From the NCBI GenBank assembly GCA_043803405.1, contig JAZDKB010000043.1, positions 22,143-86,142 of the forward strand: a DNA stretch of 64,000 nucleotides, given 5' to 3'. The notes below the pieces were generated by a model. That model worked only from the letters and a program-made list of their open reading frames with translations. It searched no databases and was not told the origin of the DNA. This DNA comes from Spirochaetota bacterium (GTDB lineage Bacteria; Spirochaetota; UBA4802; JAFGDQ01). Numbering within the stretch: the stretch's first letter is position 1; each line of letters opens with the position of its first letter. Shown one piece after another: positions 58,955 to 64,000 of the stretch. A program made the translations under genes and the position numbers.

Positions 58955-61336
58955 ATGAAAAAAACAAAAGAAAAAATAATAAAAAAAAACGCCAGCAATA
59001 CGATTTGTAAACCTCTATCCGACAATAATCTGTTATACAGCAATGCAGAACAATACCGCATTATTACAGGCACTTCCATGGACGGCTTTTGGGCAGTCGA
59101 TATGGAAGGCGGTCATTTTAAAGATGTTAATGAAGCTTTTTCCCGCATGATAGGATACAGCAGAGATGAACTGCTTTCAATGTCCGTCCCCGATATTGTG
59201 ACTGTGGAAACTCCGGCTGAGATTCAGGAGCATATCCGGAAAATAATAAAAACCGGTTCCGATTTTTTTGAATGGCAATTCAGATGCAAAGACGGCCGTA
59301 TAATTGATGTTGAAGTTAGCGCGACTTATTACAGCCAGTTGAAACAACTTTTAATTTTCCAGCGCGATATAACAAAACGCAAGCAGGCGGAAGAAGCATT
59401 ACGTGCAAGCGAGGAACGTTACAGGCAATTGGTAGAGACTGTAACCGATTATATTTACACAGTAAAGATTGAGAACGGCAGGCCGGTAGCTTCTGCACAT
59501 AGTCCCGGATGTATTGCAGTAACAGGGTATTCGGCAGAGGAGTATGAATCTGATCCGTATCTGTGGTATAAAATGATCCATAAGGATGACAGGGAGGCAG
59601 TTACGGAGCAGACAGCCGCCATATTTTTAAAAAGAGAAGCATTCCCGCTGGAACACCGGATTATTCACAAGGATGGCAAAGTCCGATGGGTGAGAAATAT
59701 GCCGGTCCCGATATATGAAAACGATACACTTGTTTCCTGCGACGGCCTTATCAGCGACATTACCGAACGCAAATATGCAGAGGAAGCTCTGCACATAAGC
59801 AAAGAGAAATACCGTAATATATTCGAGAGGGCAATAGAAGGGATTTTTCAATGTTCATTTGAAGGCAAATTTATCAGTGTTAATCCCTCATTTGCAAAAA
59901 TGCTCAGATATGAATCTCCTGACGATCTTATTGCAAATATCAGGAGTATCCGGAATCAGCTGTTTATACATCCCGAGGAAAGCAGCTCTTTCCTGGTGGC
60001 GCTTAAACAGGCAGGGACTCTGTTCGGGTTTGAACATCAGTTTTACCGGAAAGACGGCACAAAAATATGGATATCGTCAAATGTAAATCTAATCCGCAAT
60101 TCAAACGGCAAAAGCCTGTATATTGAAGGCACATCAATTGATATCACTGAACGCAAACAGGCTGAAGAGGAGCGGGAGAAGCTCCAGTCGCAGCTGCGCC
60201 AGGCACAGAAGATGGAAGCTATAGGGACATTTGTTGGCGGGATAGCTCATGATTTCAATAATATTCTGAGCATTATTATAGGTTATGCAACCCTGCTTCA
60301 AATGGAACTCGATGAGAATACGGAACTGCACTCTTATGCAGATCTTATACTTTCTTCATCGGAAAAGGCAGCTAACCTGACAAAAGGCCTTTTAGCTTTC
60401 AGCAGGAAACAGCCGATGAATTTAAGGCCGTTAAAACTGAATGAGCATATAAAAGGAACTGAAAAAATTTTAAAACGTCTTTTAACTGAAGATATTGTTT
60501 TTAAAAAGATTCTAACAAAAGAAAACACCACAATAATAGGAGATACTACACAGATAGACCAGATATTATTCAATCTCGTAACCAATGCAAGAGATGCAAT
60601 GCCGAAGGGAGGAAAATTAATCATCGAAACCGCTCTTGCGGTTTTTGATAAGGAGTTTCCCAGTCTAATCGGGATCGGTAAGCCGGGAAAATATATTTTA
60701 ATAACAGTTTCCGATACGGGAGCCGGAATTGATGAAAAGACAAGGGAGCATATTTTTGATCCTTTTTTTACTACAAAAGAAGTCGGCAAAGGCACAGGCC
60801 TCGGTCTTTCAACTGTGTATGGAATCGTCAAGCAGCTGAACGGCTATATAAATGTGATCAGTATGCCTGGCATGGGCACTTCTTTTAATATTTTTTTTCC
60901 CGTCGCTTCGGGGCCGGTTAAGGAAAAAAAATCCGCAGCCAGAAAAATTAAAAAGGGACATGAGAAAATTATCATTGCAGAGGATAATGAACAGGTAAGG
61001 CTGCTTGTAAAAAAAATTCTGGGCAAATACGGATATGCTATAGTTGAAGCAGTCGATGGTGAAGATGCTGTGGAAAAATTCAGGAAGAATTCAAATGCAG
61101 ATCTTTTAATTATTGATTCAGTAATGCCGAAAAAAAACGGCAGGGATATTTATAATGAAATAATTAAAATAAAACCGGGCGTTAAAACGCTTTTTACAAG
61201 CGGATATACACGGGATGTTATTCTCGACAAGGGTATTGAAGATAAAGAATTTGATTTTATTTCAAAACCCATAACACCGGCTAAATTGCTAAATAAAGTC
61301 AGGGAGATCCTCGATAGGGAGAGGTTGAAGAACTAA
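58955..61336 (+). CDS. Multi-PAS hybrid sensor histidine kinase with receiver domain
   Basis: Three PAS domains, AHDFNN H-box, NLVTNARDAM, GKGTGLGL, C-terminal receiver. Confidence 0.92.
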   Translation: MKKTKEKIIKKNASNTICKPLSDNNLLYSNAEQYRIITGTSMDGFWAVDMEGGHFKDVNEAFSRMIGYSRDELLSMSVPDIVTVETPAEIQEHIRKIIKTGSDFFEWQFRCKDGRIIDVEVSATYYSQLKQLLIFQRDITKRKQAEEALRASEERYRQLVETVTDYIYTVKIENGRPVASAHSPGCIAVTGYSAEEYESDPYLWYKMIHKDDREAVTEQTAAIFLKREAFPLEHRIIHKDGKVRWVRNMPVPIYENDTLVSCDGLISDITERKYAEEALHISKEKYRNIFERAIEGIFQCSFEGKFISVNPSFAKMLRYESPDDLIANIRSIRNQLFIHPEESSSFLVALKQAGTLFGFEHQFYRKDGTKIWISSNVNLIRNSNGKSLYIEGTSIDITERKQAEEEREKLQSQLRQAQKMEAIGTFVGGIAHDFNNILSIIIGYATLLQMELDENTELHSYADLILSSSEKAANLTKGLLAFSRKQPMNLRPLKLNEHIKGTEKILKRLLTEDIVFKKILTKENTTIIGDTTQIDQILFNLVTNARDAMPKGGKLIIETALAVFDKEFPSLIGIGKPGKYILITVSDTGAGIDEKTREHIFDPFFTTKEVGKGTGLGLSTVYGIVKQLNGYINVISMPGMGTSFNIFFPVASGPVKEKKSAARKIKKGHEKIIIAEDNEQVRLLVKKILGKYGYAIVEAVDGEDAVEKFRKNSNADLLIIDSVMPKKNGRDIYNEIIKIKPGVKTLFTSGYTRDVILDKGIEDKEFDFISKPITPAKLLNKVREILDRERLKN

Positions 61337-61514
61337 TCCGCATCCTGAAAAATGCCTTACATGCAATCTAATTATTTTCTTGATTATGGTGATAAAGAAC
61401 ACTATATTATATTCATAAAGATTAAAGATTTTCCCTTCCTGCATGATTTCATGCTGCTGAGCAGTTTTACTGTTTAGATAAGATTGGGTTTCTTTTAAAC
61501 TGTTCTGCTTAATT

Positions 61515-64000
61515 ATGAAAGAAAAACAAACGAAAAAGACCGGCGTTAAGCGCAGATCGTCCTTACAGTCTTTGCAAATGAGTGAAGAACGGCTGGCGCT
61601 TGCCCTTGAAGCCACTGGCAATGCTTTGTTCGATTACAATGCAAAATCCGGAGTGTTCTATTTAAGCCCGGAGTTGTGTGCTATGATCGGATACGGACCG
61701 GATGAGTTATCTTCTTCATTTGATTCACTGATAAGCCTTGTCCATCCTGACGATAAAGAATCCTTAGCCAATATTTTCCTTCAGTATAACGAGAACCTCA
61801 GAGATAAACACGAAATTAAAATCCGCATAAAAACAAAAAAAGGCAAATGGCGATGGATATTAAGCCGCGGGATCATAGTATCGCGCGACAGGAAAAAACG
61901 CGCACTCAGAATAGTGGGGACTCATGCGGATATTACTGAGTTTCAGGAAGCTGAAAAAATATCCGGAGAGAATGAAGAGCGTTTTAAAGTAATTTCGCGT
62001 ACGATCAATGAAATGATTTATGACTGGGATCTGGATTCAAGAACCGCATGGCTCAGCGAAGCTTACCAGGCTTTGTTCGGATATTCTGAGAATTACGTAA
62101 AATACAACTGGTGGTTCGATAAAATTCATCCGGACGACAGGGAGCTTGTAAATTCGGACATTACTGAATTATTCGAAGGCAATAAGCAAAAAATGTCCTT
62201 TGAATACCGCTTCCTGAAAGCCGATGGATCTTACGCATATATACTCGATAGCGCATTTTTATTGCGTGATATAAAAGGAAATCCAAGCCGGATTATCGGC
62301 GCAATGATGGATATTACGGGACTTAAACAGGCCGAAAATGCGCTAAGAAGAAGCGAGGCTACATTGCGATCCATAATTTCCACAGCGCCTGTCGGCATTT
62401 CGCTTCTCAGCAAGGACAGAAAATTGCTGTGGGTAAATGACAGAAACGCTACTATCGCGGGTTTTACCCTGAAAGAGCTCAGCAAAGATGTCAGACAGAT
62501 GTATCTTAATGAAGAAGAATATATACGGGTAGGGGAGGTTATTTATAACGAAGTCTGGAAAGGTAATATCGGGGAAACTGATACGAAGTGGATACATAAA
62601 GACGGCAGGGTGCTGGATATTCATTTAAGCGTTGCAGCCATTGATCCGAATGACAGATCAGCAGGCGTTGTATTTATTACGCAGGACATTACCGAACGAA
62701 AGCGCGTTGAAGAGAGCCTTAAGGCGAGTGAAGAACGCTTTAAGCAGCTTGTTGAATCAGTAACCGATTATATTTACACTGTTAAGATAGAGAACGGCAG
62801 GCCGGTTGCCACAACACATAGCCCGGGCTGTATTACAGTGACCGGATATTCCAGCAATGAGTATGAAAACAATCCGCTGTTGTGGTATAATATGATTTAT
62901 GAAGAAGACAAAGAATCTGTTTTAAAGCAGACCGCTGCTGTGCTTTCCGGGAAAACTGCTGAACCTCTGGAACACCGCATTATACACAAGAACAGCAATG
63001 TCCGATGGGTTAGAAATACGCCTGTGCCACGATTCGAAAACGGAAAGCTTTGTGCTTACGACGGTTTGATCAGTGATATAACCGAACGCAAGCATGCTGA
63101 AGAAGCATTAAGGATCAGCGAAGAAAAATACCGCGATATATTTGAGAGGTCAGTGGAGGGGATTTTTCAAAGCAGTCCGCAGGGAAAATTTCTTAATGTG
63201 AATCCTTCACTTGCATTAATTTTCGGATATGAATCACCCGAAGAAATGATAGCAACTATTGAAGATATTGGCAACCAGGTTTATGTTTATTCCGATGAAC
63301 GGTTAAAATTCAAAGCAGCCATAGAAGAATCGGGTAAAGTAGTAGGCTTTAAGCATCTCGCCTATAGGAAAGATAAAAGTAAAATCTGGATATCGTTAAA
63401 TGTTCGTATTGTCCGTGATGACAGGGGAAAAATGCTGTATTACGAAGGCACTGCGCTTGATATCACAAGACAAAAACATATTGAAGAAGAAAGAGAAAAA
63501 CTTCAGTCTCAGCTCCGACAGGCGCAGAAGATGGAAGCAATCGGTACATTTGTCGGAGGCATTGCCCATGACTTTAATAATATATTGAGCGTAATACTTG
63601 GTTATGGATCGCTTTTACAAATGGGCATAAGCAATGATGATCCCATGCATAAATATGTTGATCTGATTGTTACCACATCCGAGAAAGCGGCTAATCTTAC
63701 CAAAGGGCTTTTGGCGTTCAGCAGGAAGCAGCCTGTTGATCTGAAACCTGTAAATCTGAACGAAATAATAATAGGAACTAAAGGACTTTTAAAACGCCTG
63801 ATTACGGACGATATTATCCTTGCGGAAAATTTTACAACTGATAATACTACCATTATGGGCGATGTCAGCCAGATCGACCAGGTATTGTTCAACCTTGCAA
63901 CTAACGCTAAGGATGCTATGCCTAACGGAGGAACATTGACACTGGAAACAAGATGCATTGAACTGGATGAAGATTTTTCGTATATACTGAAGTCCGGAAA
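61515..64000 (+). CDS. Second multi-PAS histidine kinase, truncated by the window end
   Basis: ATG at 61515 (MKEKQTKK...EERLALALEA); in-frame GGIAHDFNN at about 63555; NLATNAKDAM. Absent from the ORF track because no stop lies in the window. Confidence 0.88.
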   Translation, partial: MKEKQTKKTGVKRRSSLQSLQMSEERLALALEATGNALFDYNAKSGVFYLSPELCAMIGYGPDELSSSFDSLISLVHPDDKESLANIFLQYNENLRDKHEIKIRIKTKKGKWRWILSRGIIVSRDRKKRALRIVGTHADITEFQEAEKISGENEERFKVISRTINEMIYDWDLDSRTAWLSEAYQALFGYSENYVKYNWWFDKIHPDDRELVNSDITELFEGNKQKMSFEYRFLKADGSYAYILDSAFLLRDIKGNPSRIIGAMMDITGLKQAENALRRSEATLRSIISTAPVGISLLSKDRKLLWVNDRNATIAGFTLKELSKDVRQMYLNEEEYIRVGEVIYNEVWKGNIGETDTKWIHKDGRVLDIHLSVAAIDPNDRSAGVVFITQDITERKRVEESLKASEERFKQLVESVTDYIYTVKIENGRPVATTHSPGCITVTGYSSNEYENNPLLWYNMIYEEDKESVLKQTAAVLSGKTAEPLEHRIIHKNSNVRWVRNTPVPRFENGKLCAYDGLISDITERKHAEEALRISEEKYRDIFERSVEGIFQSSPQGKFLNVNPSLALIFGYESPEEMIATIEDIGNQVYVYSDERLKFKAAIEESGKVVGFKHLAYRKDKSKIWISLNVRIVRDDRGKMLYYEGTALDITRQKHIEEEREKLQSQLRQAQKMEAIGTFVGGIAHDFNNILSVILGYGSLLQMGISNDDPMHKYVDLIVTTSEKAANLTKGLLAFSRKQPVDLKPVNLNEIIIGTKGLLKRLITDDIILAENFTTDNTTIMGDVSQIDQVLFNLATNAKDAMPNGGTLTLETRCIELDEDFSYILKSG

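Overview
AT-rich bacterial chromosome segment, most likely from an anaerobic, LPS-producing, Leptospira-related spirochaete (inferred from lptC-lptA-lptB-rpoN-hpf, a DUF1577-like gene and lpxI). The left part holds anaerobic benzoyl-CoA/glutaconyl-CoA catabolism genes (dch, gcdC, gcdA, plus a decayed glutaryl-CoA dehydrogenase 5' remnant), surface lipoproteins, RNA-modification genes, leuS, and a TM1266-hydG unit with a riboswitch-like attenuator leader. The middle is housekeeping. An ~18.7 kb accessory block between convergent tRNA-Lys/Glu and tRNA-Gly carries a trehalose cluster, the mercury-methylation genes hgcAB embedded in an ArsR/ArsP/Acr3/thioredoxin cluster, and an ABC exporter. The top finding is an ORF missed by the ORF track at 45750-46076, inside the hgcAB-arsR cluster. 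It has a good RBS, two in-frame TGA codons (U13, U19) and a SECIS-like hairpin, so it is a candidate double-selenocysteine protein. A 22-bp operator-like sequence is shared by the hgcA and arsP upstream regions. The window ends with exbB-exbD-tonB and two paralogous PAS histidine kinases. No CRISPR array, rRNA, transposase or integrase was seen. All family assignments come from motif recognition, not database searches.
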